Source: Longimicrobium sp.
Lineage (GTDB): Bacteria; Gemmatimonadota; Gemmatimonadetes; Longimicrobiales; Longimicrobiaceae
Assembly (NCBI GenBank): GCA_036398975.1
Contig: DASWNZ010000208.1
Coordinates: forward strand, 292 to 64,291
Reading direction: 5' to 3'
Length of the DNA: 64,000 bases
This document shows, one piece after another, positions 1 through 9,630 of this stretch. Each line of letters begins with the position of its first letter. The stretch's first letter is position 1. The notes beneath the pieces are model-generated. The model had not been told where the DNA came from. It worked only from the letters and a program-made list of their open reading frames with translations, and searched no databases. The position numbers and the translations under genes are program-made.

Positions 1-1028
1 ACGAGCGGGAGGGCCAGGAGGAGGCCCAGGAAGCCGAACATCCCGCCAAAGAGCACCAGGGCGAAGAGCGTGATGAAGGGGTGGATCTCGGCGCTCTGCT
101 TCATGGCGAAGGGGGTGATGACGTACCCCTCGATCTGCTGGATGGCGAGCGCGGCCAGCGCCGTCCAGCCGCCCTTGGCGGGATCGTCCATGAAGGCGAC
201 CATGGTGGCCGTGCCTCCGCCGACGAAGGGGCCCACCAGCGGGATGAACTCCAGCGTGCCGTTCAGGAGCCCCAGCAGGAGCGCGTTGGGGACGCCGATC
301 AGCGAGAAAAGAAGGACGCTGAGGACGCCCACGCACAGCATGGCGAGCGCCGTCCCTTTCAGCCACCCCACCAGCCGCTCCCCCAGGAGCTGGAAGACGC
401 GGTACACGGCCGGGCGCTGGTCCGCGCGGACGAGGCGCAGCACCGGGTTCATCAGGTTCTCGTTGGGGTTCGCCAGCGCGAAGAGGGCGCCAAAGAACAC
501 CACGATGGGGATGAACAGCGCCTCCAGGAAGCTCATCGCGTTCCCCACCGCGTTGGCGTTCCCCACGGCGCCGGGCTTGGCGATCTCGGCGGGGCGGGGG
601 ATGCGGATGGGGGCGCCGGTCTGCTGCCGAAGCCACACCTCCCACTCCTTGATCTGCTGCTCCAGCCCTGGCCCGCGCCCCACCATGTCCCTGAGCTGCG
701 CCACCAGCACGGGGAGGCCAAAGGTCAGCAGCGCCGCCACCCCGCCGATCACCAGCACCCCCACCAGCGCCGCCAGCCACTTCCGCTCCAGCGGCAGCTT
801 TCGTCCGATCGCGTTGAGCCCCACGGCCACGATCGCCGCCGCGTAGATCATCAACAGGACCTGCGCGATCGTGTCGAAGAAGCGGAAGAGGATCGCCAGC
901 CCGAACGCGAGCGCCACCGCCTTGTAGACGTGCTCCGGCTGTATCCCTGCGAGCCGCGGGCCGGTGTGCGCGGCCACCGCATCGGCGGAGATGGCGGGCT
1001 GGGCTGCGGGTGTCGGTTGGTCTGGCAT
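1..1028 (-). CDS. AI-2E family transporter (PerM/UPF0118-like), partial; 3' end runs off the left edge
   Basis: Absent from the ORF track because it is edge-truncated. My reverse-strand translation from the ATG (complement of 1026-1028) reads MPDQPTPAAQ...EHVYKAVALAFGLAILFRFFDTIAQVLLMIYAAAIVAVGLNAIG...LNGTLEFIPLVGPFVGGGTATMVAF...AIQQIEGYVITPFAMKQSAEIHPF. It is multi-TM with strong GC3. Confidence 0.8.
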   Translation of the reverse strand, partial: MPDQPTPAAQPAISADAVAAHTGPRLAGIQPEHVYKAVALAFGLAILFRFFDTIAQVLLMIYAAAIVAVGLNAIGRKLPLERKWLAALVGVLVIGGVAALLTFGLPVLVAQLRDMVGRGPGLEQQIKEWEVWLRQQTGAPIRIPRPAEIAKPGAVGNANAVGNAMSFLEALFIPIVVFFGALFALANPNENLMNPVLRLVRADQRPAVYRVFQLLGERLVGWLKGTALAMLCVGVLSVLLFSLIGVPNALLLGLLNGTLEFIPLVGPFVGGGTATMVAFMDDPAKGGWTALAALAIQQIEGYVITPFAMKQSAEIHPFITLFALVLFGGMFGFLGLLLALPL

Positions 1029-1090
1029 GGGCGGGGTGGGCGGGTGGGGGGAGCTCCTCGCGGGGTGGTGCGGCAAGGAGTGAACCAGCG

Positions 1091-1237
1091 GTGCGTGAGT
1101 GCGTTAGTGCGTGAGTGCGCTGAAAACAGAAGTGCTAAGTGCCAAGTCCTGAGTGCTACACAACCGCAGTTCAGGACTCAGCACTTAGCACTCAGGACTT
1201 CCCCAACGCACTTCCGCACTCACGCACTAACGCACTT
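1091..1237. repeat. octamer-array inverted pair (OCT) with nested inner palindrome
   Basis: Left arm 1091-1120 GTGCGTGAGTGCGTTAGTGCGTGAGTGCGC. Inner arms 1131-1157 / 1173-1199. Right arm 1206-1237 ACGCACTTCCGCACTCACGCACTAACGCACTT. The outer arms share 21 nt of perfect complementarity. Confidence 0.9.
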
Positions 1238-1242
1238 CTTTC

Positions 1243-1593
1243 CTACTCCTCGTCCTCGTCGTCGTCGCCGTGCTCATAGCCGGCGGATTCCTCGGCGAGG
1301 AGCTCCATCAGCTGCGAGCCCCAGGCGCTCTCCAGCAGGCGGCGCACCTTGGGGAAGCGGTCGGTGACCTCCGCCATCTCCGGCGTGACGAACATCTCGA
1401 TGACGTCGCCGCGCTTGTAGGTCCCCGGCTCGGCCTCCTCGAGGAAGGCCTTCAGCTCCTCGATGAGGTCGCGGAGGTCGCTCAGCAGCTCGCCGGGGAA
1501 GTGCCCCTCGTCCAGCGCGACCGCCGACTCCGTCCAGTCGTGCACCTGCGATACCAGCGCGTCGAAACGCGCATCCGCCTTCGGATCAGCCAT
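1243..1593 (-). CDS. hypothetical acidic protein (116 aa)
   Basis: ORF 1243..1653(-). The internal ATG at 1593 (MADPKADARF) is preferred because GGTGAGGAG lies about 9 nt upstream. High GC3, DDDEDEE tail, no family recognised. Confidence 0.55.
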   Translation of the reverse strand: MADPKADARFDALVSQVHDWTESAVALDEGHFPGELLSDLRDLIEELKAFLEEAEPGTYKRGDVIEMFVTPEMAEVTDRFPKVRRLLESAWGSQLMELLAEESAGYEHGDDDEDEE

Positions 1594-1700
1594 TATGCGG
1601 TTCTCCTCACCCTTTGATCTCGACCGGTACACTGCCGTCCCCACGAGCGACACACCCTATCGACCGCGCGCACGCGGGTCAAGTGCGGCGCCCCCGCGAG

Positions 1701-1746
1701 GTGTCCGTTTTTGGGACGGGTTTTTCCCAGCGGCGGGCATGGACAC
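1701..1746. repeat. R7 nested hairpin (GTGTCCG-TTTTGGGACG...TTCCCA...GGACAC)
   Basis: GTGTCCGTTTTTGGGACGGGTTTTTCCCAGCGGCGGGCATGGACAC. Confidence 0.8.
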
Positions 1747-1813
1747 GGCACCCGCTGCCGGGCGCAGGCGCGTAAGTGCGTAAGCAGCAATGGGTTGTGA
1801 AGCGAACGCACGG

Positions 1814-1827
1814 GGCACGGTCTTCGC
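1814..1827 (+). promoter_or_regulatory. sigma-54-like -24/-12 element upstream of the efflux operon
   Basis: GGCACG gtct TCGC versus the consensus TGGCACG-N4-TTGC, with correct GG-N10-GC spacing. Lies 58 nt upstream of ATG 1885. Confidence 0.4.
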
Positions 1828-1884
1828 CTTAAGAGGGTTCGCCGCGAACGAAGCACTTCATCAACTACGAGACAAATCCGCGCC

Positions 1885-2118
1885 ATGCCCTCCATCGACC
1901 TCGCCACCGTACTCGTGCTCTGGATCACCGGAGCCGTGCTGATCTTTCCGCTGGCGGGGCTGGCGGCGCGCTTCGGGCTGGTGCCGGTGCTCCACGCCGT
2001 GGCGCGGGTGCGCCGCCCCGGCGCGGACGACGAGGAGCTGGACGACCGGCTCGCCGGGATGGAGGTGGAGCTGCGCGCCCTGACGGCCGCGGTGGAGCGC
2101 CTGAGCGCCACCCGCTGA
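1885..2118 (+). CDS. small membrane protein (77 aa), first gene of the efflux operon
   Basis: ORF track 1885..2118. Hydrophobic N-terminal helix LATVLVLWITGAVLIFPLAGLAARFGLVPVL followed by a charged helical tail. Very high GC3. Lies 65 nt upstream of the adaptor gene. Confidence 0.55.
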   Translation: MPSIDLATVLVLWITGAVLIFPLAGLAARFGLVPVLHAVARVRRPGADDEELDDRLAGMEVELRALTAAVERLSATR

Positions 2119-2183
2119 ACCGAACGACTTCATTCGGCTGCGCAACCTCGCCCGCCGATCCATCACTTGCAGGAGTTGCGACC

Positions 2184-3428
2184 GTGGACGTTCCCCGCCC
2201 CAAAAAGAGCAAGCGCGCACGCTGGGTGATCGGCGGCGCCGGGATCGCGGTGCTGGCGGGGGCCACCGTGGCGCTCGCCCGCCTGGACCCGGCCGCCCCC
2301 GCCGTGGAGCGCGCCACCGTTTGGACCGACACGGTGCGCCGCGGCGACATGCTGCGGCAGGTGCGCGGCCCCGGCACCCTGGTGGCCGAGGACATCCGCT
2401 GGGTTCCCGCCGTCGTTCCCGGCCGCGTGGAGCGCAAGCTGGTGCTGCCGGGCACCGCGGTGAAGGCCGGCACCGTGCTGGCCGAGCTCTCCAATCCCGA
2501 CGTGGAGCGGCAGGCGCTGGAGGCGCGGCGCCAGCTGGCCGCGGCGGAGAGCGACCTCGCCACGCTGCGCAGCAACCTGGAGTCGCAGCGGCTGACGCAG
2601 GAGGCGACCGTGGCTACCGTGCGCAACCAGCTTCGCGAGAACGAGCGCCTGGCGCGCGCCGCCGAAGGCCTCGCCGCGCAGAAGATGGTGTCGCAGCAGG
2701 AGCTCGACCGCGCCCGCGACAACGCCGAGGAGCTGCGCGTGCGGCTGGGGGTGGAGCAGCGCCGCCTGGCCTTCATCAGCCAGTCGATGAGGTCGCAGAT
2801 CAGCGCGCAGCAGTCGCAGCTCGGCATCCTGCGCACCCTCATCCAGTTCCAGCAGCGGCAGATCGACGCCATGCAGGTGCGCGCCGGCAGCGACGGCGTG
2901 CTCCAGGAGCTCTCGGTGGAGCCGGGGCAGTGGGTGAACAGCGGCACCACCCTCGCCCGCGTGGTGCAGCCCGGCCGGCTGAAGGCGGTGCTGCGCATCC
3001 CCGAGACGCAGGCCAAGGACCTGGTGGTGGGCCTCCCCGCCTCGGTGGACACGCGCAACGGCATCGTGCGCGGCCGTGTGGTGCGCATCGACCCCTCCGT
3101 GCAGAACGGGAGCGTGGCCATCGACGTGACGCTGGAAGGCCCCCTCCCCCGCGGCGCCCGCCCCGACCTGTCGGTGGACGGCACGGTGGACATCGAGCGC
3201 CTCACCAACGTGATGTACGTGGGCCGCCCCGCCTACGGCCAGGCGGAGAGCACCGTCAGCATGTTCCGCCTGGACCCCGCCGGCGCCGAGGCAGCGCGCG
3301 TGGCGGTGAAGCTGGGCCGCGGCTCGGCCAGCACGGTGGAAGTAGTCAACGGCCTCAAGCCGGGCGACGTGGTGATCCTGTCCGACATGAGCGCGTACGA
3401 CGGCTCGGAGCGGGTCAAGCTGAAGTAG
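2184..3428 (+). CDS. HlyD/MacA-type periplasmic adaptor (membrane fusion protein)
   Basis: 414 aa with a GTG start. TM anchor WVIGGAGIAVLAGATVAL, long coiled coil (EARRQLAAAESDLATLRSNLESQRL...) and a beta-rich C-terminus. Sits directly upstream of a MacB-type ATPase. Confidence 0.85.
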   Translation: MDVPRPKKSKRARWVIGGAGIAVLAGATVALARLDPAAPAVERATVWTDTVRRGDMLRQVRGPGTLVAEDIRWVPAVVPGRVERKLVLPGTAVKAGTVLAELSNPDVERQALEARRQLAAAESDLATLRSNLESQRLTQEATVATVRNQLRENERLARAAEGLAAQKMVSQQELDRARDNAEELRVRLGVEQRRLAFISQSMRSQISAQQSQLGILRTLIQFQQRQIDAMQVRAGSDGVLQELSVEPGQWVNSGTTLARVVQPGRLKAVLRIPETQAKDLVVGLPASVDTRNGIVRGRVVRIDPSVQNGSVAIDVTLEGPLPRGARPDLSVDGTVDIERLTNVMYVGRPAYGQAESTVSMFRLDPAGAEAARVAVKLGRGSASTVEVVNGLKPGDVVILSDMSAYDGSERVKLK

Positions 3429-3435
3429 GAAGAAA

Positions 3436-3556
3436 GGTGCGCTGGTGCGTGTGTGCGTGAGTGCGTCCCAACGTATTCACGCTCCCGCGCATCCAATGCA
3501 CGAAGCCCTGCCCTGAAGTTCAAAACGCACCAACGCACCAACGCACTCACGCACTT
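3436..3556. repeat. OCT inverted pair inside the adaptor-ATPase spacer
   Basis: Left arm 3436-3466 GGTGCGCTGGTGCGTGTGTGCGTGAGTGCGT. Right arm 3525-3556 ACGCACCAACGCACCAACGCACTCACGCACTT. Six of every 8 nt pair. Confidence 0.85.
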
Positions 3557-3586
3557 CAGTTCCCATCCAACCCCTGGAGCCGTTCC

Positions 3587-4327
3587 ATGGAAACCGCAAC
3601 CAAGCCGCTCATCCAGATGGACTCTGTCGGCAAGGTGTTCCTTACCGAAGAGGTGGAGACCCACGCCCTCAACAACGTCCACCTGGAGATCCGCTCCGGC
3701 GAGTACGTGGCGATCGCCGGGCCGTCCGGCTGCGGGAAGACGACGCTCCTCTCCATCCTGGGGCTGCTCGATTCGCCCACGGACGGCACGTACACGCTCA
3801 ACGGGCAGCCGGTGTCCGGGCTCACGGCTTCGCAGCGCGCGCACATCCGCAACCGCGAGATCGGCTTCATCTTCCAGGCGTTCAACCTGATCGGCGACCT
3901 GACCGTGAAGGAGAACGTGGAGCTGCCGCTGACCTACCGCGGGATGCCGGCGGCTGAGCGCAACAAGCGCGTCACCGAGGCGCTGGAGCGGGTGGGGATG
4001 GGTCACCGCGTGGGGCACTACCCGGCGCAGCTCTCCGGCGGCCAGCAGCAGCGCGTTGCCGTGGCGCGCGCCATCGCCGGCACCCCCTCCGTGCTCCTGG
4101 CGGACGAGCCCACGGGTAACCTTGACTCCACCAACGGCGAGCAGGTGATGGGGCTGCTGCAGGAGCTCCACCGCGAGGGCGCCACCATCGTCATGGTGAC
4201 GCACGACCCTCGCTACGCCGAGCACGCCGAGCGCAGCATCCACATGTTCGACGGCCGGGTGGTGCGCGAGGAGCGCTCGTCGGCGGTGGCGGCGGAGCTG
4301 GAGCGGCACGGCTTCGAGGTGGGCTGA
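3587..4327 (+). CDS. MacB/LolD-type ABC transporter ATP-binding protein
   Basis: Part of ORF 3461..4327. The start was moved to ATG 3587 ([10 protein letters not shown]) because the upstream codons translate the octamer repeat (THQRTHAL). Walker [10 protein letters not shown], signature LSGGQQQR, Walker B LLADEPT. Confidence 0.9.
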   Translation: METATKPLIQMDSVGKVFLTEEVETHALNNVHLEIRSGEYVAIAGPSGCGKTTLLSILGLLDSPTDGTYTLNGQPVSGLTASQRAHIRNREIGFIFQAFNLIGDLTVKENVELPLTYRGMPAAERNKRVTEALERVGMGHRVGHYPAQLSGGQQQRVAVARAIAGTPSVLLADEPTGNLDSTNGEQVMGLLQELHREGATIVMVTHDPRYAEHAERSIHMFDGRVVREERSSAVAAELERHGFEVG

Positions 4328-6741
4328 TGGACATCGCGCGGGAGCTTCGCCTTGCAGGGCGGTCGCTGCTGCGCAGCCGCCTCTTCGCCCTCGTCTCCAT
4401 CGCCACCATCGCGCTGGGGATCGGCGCCACGACGACGGTCTTTTCGCTGGTGAACGCCCTCCTCCTGCGCCCCCTTCCCATCGCGCAGCCGGAGCGCGTG
4501 GTGGGGATGCAGGAGACGCTGCGCGGGATGCGGGCGATGTCGATGGGCTACAGCGCGGTCTCGTACCCCCGCTACGTGGCGTATCGCGAGGCCACCGCGG
4601 GGATCTTCACCGGGCTGGCGGCGCAGCGCTACGAGGAGATGTCGCTGCGCGCCTCCGGTCAGGCGCAGGTGCTCACCGGCGTAGTGGCGTCCGGCAACTA
4701 CTGGGAAGTGCTCGGGGTGAGGCCCGCGCTGGGCCGCTTCTTCACCGGCCCCGACGAAAAGGAGCAGCTCGCCGTCATCAGCCACCACCTGTGGCAGACG
4801 CGCTTCGGCGGCGACCCCGGCGTCATCGGGCGCACCGTGCACCTGGACAGCCGCCCGCTCTCCGTGGTGGGCGTCGCGCCGAAGGAGTTCGGGGGGACGC
4901 TGGTGGGCGGCGTGGCGGACGTGTGGGTCACCCTGGGCGCGGCCGGCGTCGGCAGCGCGAACGAGGCGATCAACTCCAATTCCGGCGCCTCCCTCATCCT
5001 CTTCGGCCGCCTGCGGCCGGGGATGACGCAGGAGCGGGCCGGCGCGGCGCTCAAGGTGGCCGCCGCGCGCGTGCCGCTGGAGGAGCCGAACGCCAAGGTG
5101 CTCGACGTCCGCGTGGAGCCGCTGACCGGCGTGCCGGGCGAGATGCGCATGCCCGTGGCCGCGTTCATGGGGCTGCTGCTGGCGACCGCCCTCTTCGTGC
5201 TCCTGATCGCCGGCACCAACGTGGCGGGAATGCTGCTGGCCCGCGCCGTGGCCCGCCGCCGCGAGATGGCGATCCGCCTGGCCGTGGGCGCCACCGGCCG
5301 CAATCTGGTGAGGCAGCTGCTGGGCGAAAGCGTCCTCCTCTTCCTGCTGGGCGGGGGCGCCGGTGTCGTGCTGACGATCTGGCTCACGCGGGTGCTCTCG
5401 TCCATGCAGCCGCCCTTCCCGGCCCGCATCTCCTTCGACCTGCGCCCCGACCCGCGCGTGCTGGGCTTCGCGCTTGCGCTGGCGCTGCTGACCGGCGTGG
5501 CGTTCGGGCTGATGCCGGCGCTGCAGGCCTCGCGCACCGACGTGCTCAGCGGCCTCAAGGACGGCGGCACCCGCGAGGGCGCCCGCCGCGGCCGTCTGCG
5601 CAGCGGGCTCGTGGTGGGGCAGCTCGCCCTGGCCATGCTCCTGATGCTGGTGGCGGGGCTCTTTGGCCGCACGCTGCAGCACTCGATCTCCGCCGACCCC
5701 GGCTTCGTGCCCGAGGGCGTGGCGGTGGCGCGGGTGGACCTGGAGCCGCACGGCTACGACCGCGTGCGCGGCGAGGCCTTCCAGCGCCGGCTGCTGGAGC
5801 GGGTGGCCGCGGCGCCGGGCGTGCGCTCCGCCACCCTGGCCGACTTCGCGCCGATGAGCGGCAACGTGCGCAGCGAAGAGCTGCGCCTGCCGGGCAAGAA
5901 GGAGGCGATCACCGTCAGCATCGACGCGGTGGACCCCGGTTTCTTCGCCACGCTGCAGATCCCGCTGCGCGCCGGGCGCGTCTTTACCGACGAGGACCGC
6001 GAGGGTGCGCCGCCGGTGGCGGTCATCAACCAGACGCTGGCGCAGCGGCTGTGGCCCGGCGCCAGCGCCCTCGGCCGGACCGTGCGGCTTGGCGACGGCC
6101 CGCCGGTTGAAGTGGTCGGAGTGGTCGCGAACGGCACCTACGAGCGCTTCGGCGAGCGGCCGGTCTCCTTCCTCTACCGCCCCGTCGCGCAGAACTACAG
6201 CCCGGGCGTCGCCATCATGGCCCGCGCGGACCGCGGCGCCGGCGCTGCGCTGGAGGCCATCCGCCGCGAGCTGCAGGCGATGGACGCCAACGTCGCCCCC
6301 GAGCAGGCGATGCCGCTGACGTCGATGATCGGCGTGTCGCTCTTTCCGCAGCGCATCGCGGCCTTCTTCATCGGGGGCTTCGGGGTGCTGGGGCTGCTGC
6401 TGGCGTGCATCGGCATCTACGGCGTGCTGGCGTACCAGGTGGGCCAGCGCACGCGCGAGATCGGCGTCCGTGTCGCCCTCGGCGCCCGCGCCGGCGACGT
6501 GGTGCGCATGGTGGTGCGCCACGGCTTTAAGATCACCGCCCTCGGCGCGGCGATCGGCCTGGTGATGGCCGTCGCGGCCACGCGCCTCCTCAGCAGCCTG
6601 CTGTACGGCGTCAGCGCCACCGACCCGCTCACGTTCACGATCGTCCCCGTGCTCTTGCTGGCGGTGGCGCTGGTGGCGTCGTGGCTTCCCGCCCGCCGCG
6701 CCGCGCGGGTGGATCCGATGGTGGCGTTGAGGGCGGAATAG
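4327..6741 (+). CDS. ADOP-type duplicated MacB/FtsX permease (paralogue 1)
   Basis: 804 aa with an ATGA overlap on the ATPase stop. N-terminus RSLLRSRLFALVSIATIALGIGATTTVFS, two FtsX-like halves, C-terminus REIGVRVALGA...[16 protein letters not shown]. Confidence 0.9.
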   Translation: MDIARELRLAGRSLLRSRLFALVSIATIALGIGATTTVFSLVNALLLRPLPIAQPERVVGMQETLRGMRAMSMGYSAVSYPRYVAYREATAGIFTGLAAQRYEEMSLRASGQAQVLTGVVASGNYWEVLGVRPALGRFFTGPDEKEQLAVISHHLWQTRFGGDPGVIGRTVHLDSRPLSVVGVAPKEFGGTLVGGVADVWVTLGAAGVGSANEAINSNSGASLILFGRLRPGMTQERAGAALKVAAARVPLEEPNAKVLDVRVEPLTGVPGEMRMPVAAFMGLLLATALFVLLIAGTNVAGMLLARAVARRREMAIRLAVGATGRNLVRQLLGESVLLFLLGGGAGVVLTIWLTRVLSSMQPPFPARISFDLRPDPRVLGFALALALLTGVAFGLMPALQASRTDVLSGLKDGGTREGARRGRLRSGLVVGQLALAMLLMLVAGLFGRTLQHSISADPGFVPEGVAVARVDLEPHGYDRVRGEAFQRRLLERVAAAPGVRSATLADFAPMSGNVRSEELRLPGKKEAITVSIDAVDPGFFATLQIPLRAGRVFTDEDREGAPPVAVINQTLAQRLWPGASALGRTVRLGDGPPVEVVGVVANGTYERFGERPVSFLYRPVAQNYSPGVAIMARADRGAGAALEAIRRELQAMDANVAPEQAMPLTSMIGVSLFPQRIAAFFIGGFGVLGLLLACIGIYGVLAYQVGQRTREIGVRVALGARAGDVVRMVVRHGFKITALGAAIGLVMAVAATRLLSSLLYGVSATDPLTFTIVPVLLLAVALVASWLPARRAARVDPMVALRAE

Positions 6742-6745
6742 GGAC

Positions 6746-7182
6746 GGAAGTGCCTAGTGCCTAGTGCCTAGTAACGGCAGTGCATGAGTGCGCAGGTGCG
6801 TGAGGCTGGGTTGCGCGGGCGCGTGAGTGCCGGGGCGGCGCGGGTGCGCAGCGGGCGTGGGTTGAGTGCGGGTGCGTGGACGCACCCATGAACTTTGGCG
6901 CCCCCCGTTTCTGTCATCCTGAGCGACGCGCTGCACCGACCTCTGCCCGTCTCCAAACTCTGGCGCGGAGCGAAGGATCTACTGCGCGTGGCGAGGGGCT
7001 CGTGGTCACGGGGCTGTCCTCCTGCCTCACCGGCTAGATCCTTCGCTCGCCGCAGGAGTGTGCGGTACACGGCGGAAGAAGCGGCAGGCGGCTCTCTCAG
7101 GATGACAAAGGGCGCGCGCACCGAGTATACGGCACTAGGCACTAGGCACGAGGCACTAGGCACTTAGCACCCAGCACTTCCC
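6746..7182. repeat. OCT-like inverted pair (heptamer variant AGTGCCT/AGGCACT) enclosing an LRMT element
   Basis: Left arm 6746-6805 GGAAGTGCCTAGTGCCTAGTGCCTAG...GTGCGTGAGG. Right arm 7131-7182 GGCACTAGGCACTAGGCACGAGGCACTAGGCACTTAGCACCCAGCACTTCC. Confidence 0.85.
6913..7106. repeat. LRMT palindromic element (GTCATCCTGAG...CTCAGGATGAC)
   Basis: Terminal inverted repeats GTCATCCTGAGCGACGC / CTCTCAGGATGAC with internal GAAGGATCTACTGCGCG / CTAGATCCTTCGC. About 195 bp. Spurious ORFs over it read VILSDA...LRMT. Confidence 0.85.
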
Positions 7183-7214
7183 GACGCGACCAGACCTTCA
7201 GGAGGAGCATCCCC

Positions 7215-9623
7215 ATGGACTCGCTGATCCAGGACCTCCGCTACGCGATCCGCACCCTTCTGCGCAGCCCCGGCTTCACCCTCGTCGCCGTGCTGACGCT
7301 GGCGCTGGGGATCGGGGCGAACACGGCCATCTTCAGCGTGGTGAACGGGGTGATCCTGCGCCCCCTTCCCTACCCGCAGCCGGAGCAGCTCCGCTACCTG
7401 GCGTGGCAGTGGAAGAACGGCTCCGCAACCAACGCGCTCACCGGCTATCAGTTCGAGTACTGGCGCGAGCACGCGCGCTCCTTTGCGGGGGCGGCGAGCT
7501 TCGATCAACACGCCGCCGAGGTCGCCGGGGGCGGCTTCGCGCAGGGGCTGCGGGGGACGGACGAGTTCCTGGGCGTGCTGGGGGTGAAGCTGGCGCTGGG
7601 ACGCGGCTTCCTTCCCGAGGAGAACCGGCCGGGGGGCCCGCGCGCCGTGATCGTGGGCGATGGAATGTGGCGCACGCGGCTGGGGGCAGACCCGCGGGTG
7701 GTGGGGCGCACGCTGATGCTGGATGGCGAGCCCCACACCATCGTGGGCGTGCTCCCCGCCACCTTCCGCTTCCCGCAGTCGCCGGAGTGGACGGAGTTCG
7801 TCCTTCCGCTCAGGCTCATGGTGGACCGCGAGGACCAGGGGCACAACTCCACCGTGGTGGCCCGCCTTCGCGCCGGGGTGACTCCCCGCCAGGCGGAGGC
7901 GGAAATGGCGGCGCTCTCGGAGCGCTTCCGCCGCGAGAACCCGGAGCTCGCGGGGGCGGGGGAGGGGGTGGCGCTGGTGAGCTACGGCTCCATGTACCTG
8001 GGCGGGCTGCGTACGGTGCTATGGGTGCTGCTGGGCGCCGTGGGCGTGGTGCTCCTGATCGCGTGCGTCAACGTCGCCAACCTTCTTCTGGCCCGCGCCG
8101 CGCGCCGCCACCGCGAGATGGCGGTGAGGGCGGCCGTGGGCGCGGGGCGCGGACGCATCGTCCGCCAGGTGGTCACCGAAGGGGTGGTGCTCGCCCTGCT
8201 GGCCGGCGCCGCCGGGCTGGCGGTGGGGGCGGCGGTGGTTCGCGCGCTGCTGGCGCTCGCCCCGCAACTCCTGCCGCGCACGGACGAGATCGGGCTGGAC
8301 GCGAGGGTGCTCGCCTTCACCCTGCTGGTGGCGCTGGGCACGGGTGTGGTGGCGGGGCTCGCCTCCGCGCTCCCCGCCGCGCGCACCGACCTGGCGGGGG
8401 TGCTGCGCGGCGCCTCGCAGCCGGGCGGCGGGGGGCGCGGCGCGCGCGTGCTGGTAGCCGCGGAGGCCGCGCTGGCCGTGGTGCTCCTGGTGGGCGCGGG
8501 GCTCCTGGCCGGCAGTCTCGCCCGCATGAGCCGGGTGGACCCGGGCTTCCGCGCCGAGCATCTCCTTACCGCGCGCATCCCGCACGTTCCGGAGGGATAC
8601 GGATCCGCGGCCCGCTCCGCCGACTTCGCGGACCGGGTGATGACGCGGGTGCAGGGCACGCCGGGCGTGGTGTCGGTCGCGGCCGTCTCCGCCATACCGT
8701 TCCAGCGCGGGATGAACATCCCGGTGACGGTGGAGGGCCGCCCCGAGGCGACCGAGGGCGCCATCGAGTGGCGCGCGGTGACGCCGGGGTACTTTCGCAC
8801 CCTGGGCATCCCGCTGGCGGCCGGGCGCGACTTCGCGGCAAGCGACGCCGGCGGGGCCCCCGTCATCGCCGTCAACGAGTCCGCCGCGCGGCGCTACTGG
8901 CCCGGCCGCACTCCGCTGGGCGACCGGCTGCGGGTGGGCGCCATGGGCGGCAAGCCGATCCCCGAGCTGGCGGACGTCTCTCGCGAGATCGTGGGGGTGG
9001 TGCGCGACATCCGCGACCAGCGGATGGACCTCCCACCGCGGCGCACGGTGTTCGTGCCGATGGCGCAGGTCCCCGATGCGTACGCCTCCCTCCCTGCCCT
9101 GCTGGTGCGCACCACTGACCCGGCCTCGACGGGCGCGGTGCTGCGCCAGGCCATCCGCGAGGCAGACCCGCGCATGCCCGCTCCCGAGCTGCGCATGATG
9201 GAAGAGGTGGTGGGTGCCACGCTGGCGCAGTCGCGTTTCAACACGCTGCTGATGGGCAGCTTCGCGCTCCTCGCCATGCTCCTGACGGGGGTGGGGATCT
9301 TCGGCGTGGTGTCGTACACGGTGCGCCAGCGCACGCGTGAGATCGGAGTGCGGATGGCGCTCGGCGCCCGCCAGTCCGACGTTCTGGGCGCCGTGGTGAG
9401 GCAGGGGATCCGCCCCGCCGTAGTGGGGCTGGTGGTGGGGCTCGTCGCCGCGGCCGGGCTATCGCGCCTGGTGGCCGGAATGCTCTACGAGGTCAGCCCT
9501 ACCGATCCGCTCACCCTCGGCGCCGTCTCCGTCGCCCTGGTGGGGGTGGCCTTGCTCGCTTCTTACCTCCCCGCGCGGCGCGCCGCGCGCGTGGACCCCA
9601 TAATCGCCCTCCGCTCGGAGTAG
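7215..9623 (+). CDS. ADOP-type duplicated MacB/FtsX permease (paralogue 2)
   Basis: 802 aa. [53 protein letters not shown]...[11 protein letters not shown]...[21 protein letters not shown] lies 10 nt upstream of the ATG. Confidence 0.9.
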   Translation: MDSLIQDLRYAIRTLLRSPGFTLVAVLTLALGIGANTAIFSVVNGVILRPLPYPQPEQLRYLAWQWKNGSATNALTGYQFEYWREHARSFAGAASFDQHAAEVAGGGFAQGLRGTDEFLGVLGVKLALGRGFLPEENRPGGPRAVIVGDGMWRTRLGADPRVVGRTLMLDGEPHTIVGVLPATFRFPQSPEWTEFVLPLRLMVDREDQGHNSTVVARLRAGVTPRQAEAEMAALSERFRRENPELAGAGEGVALVSYGSMYLGGLRTVLWVLLGAVGVVLLIACVNVANLLLARAARRHREMAVRAAVGAGRGRIVRQVVTEGVVLALLAGAAGLAVGAAVVRALLALAPQLLPRTDEIGLDARVLAFTLLVALGTGVVAGLASALPAARTDLAGVLRGASQPGGGGRGARVLVAAEAALAVVLLVGAGLLAGSLARMSRVDPGFRAEHLLTARIPHVPEGYGSAARSADFADRVMTRVQGTPGVVSVAAVSAIPFQRGMNIPVTVEGRPEATEGAIEWRAVTPGYFRTLGIPLAAGRDFAASDAGGAPVIAVNESAARRYWPGRTPLGDRLRVGAMGGKPIPELADVSREIVGVVRDIRDQRMDLPPRRTVFVPMAQVPDAYASLPALLVRTTDPASTGAVLRQAIREADPRMPAPELRMMEEVVGATLAQSRFNTLLMGSFALLAMLLTGVGIFGVVSYTVRQRTREIGVRMALGARQSDVLGAVVRQGIRPAVVGLVVGLVAAAGLSRLVAGMLYEVSPTDPLTLGAVSVALVGVALLASYLPARRAARVDPIIALRSE

Positions 9624-9630
9624 TTCCGCC

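Noticed and set aside
4213-6522. 769-aa minus-strand ORF. The same class includes 9511..11589(-), 14573..16582(-), 19820..21181(-), 21063..23672(-), 10107..12272(+), 13312..15990(+) and 7403..9118(+).
   Set aside because: These are antisense or alternate-frame to permease genes with clear domain signatures. Their products are Arg/Ala/Gly/Pro/His low-complexity sequence typical of stop-codon-poor high-GC DNA.
6768-7163. ORFs lying wholly in spacers: 6768..7163, 6895..7167, 18241..18648, 18389..18736, 32189..32455, 12931..13275, 13092..13379, 24474..24800 and 27742..28260.
   Set aside because: They are translations of palindromic repeat modules (LRMT, RDESRPY, SASPRLRV peptides). Both strands are open and there is no GC3 signal.
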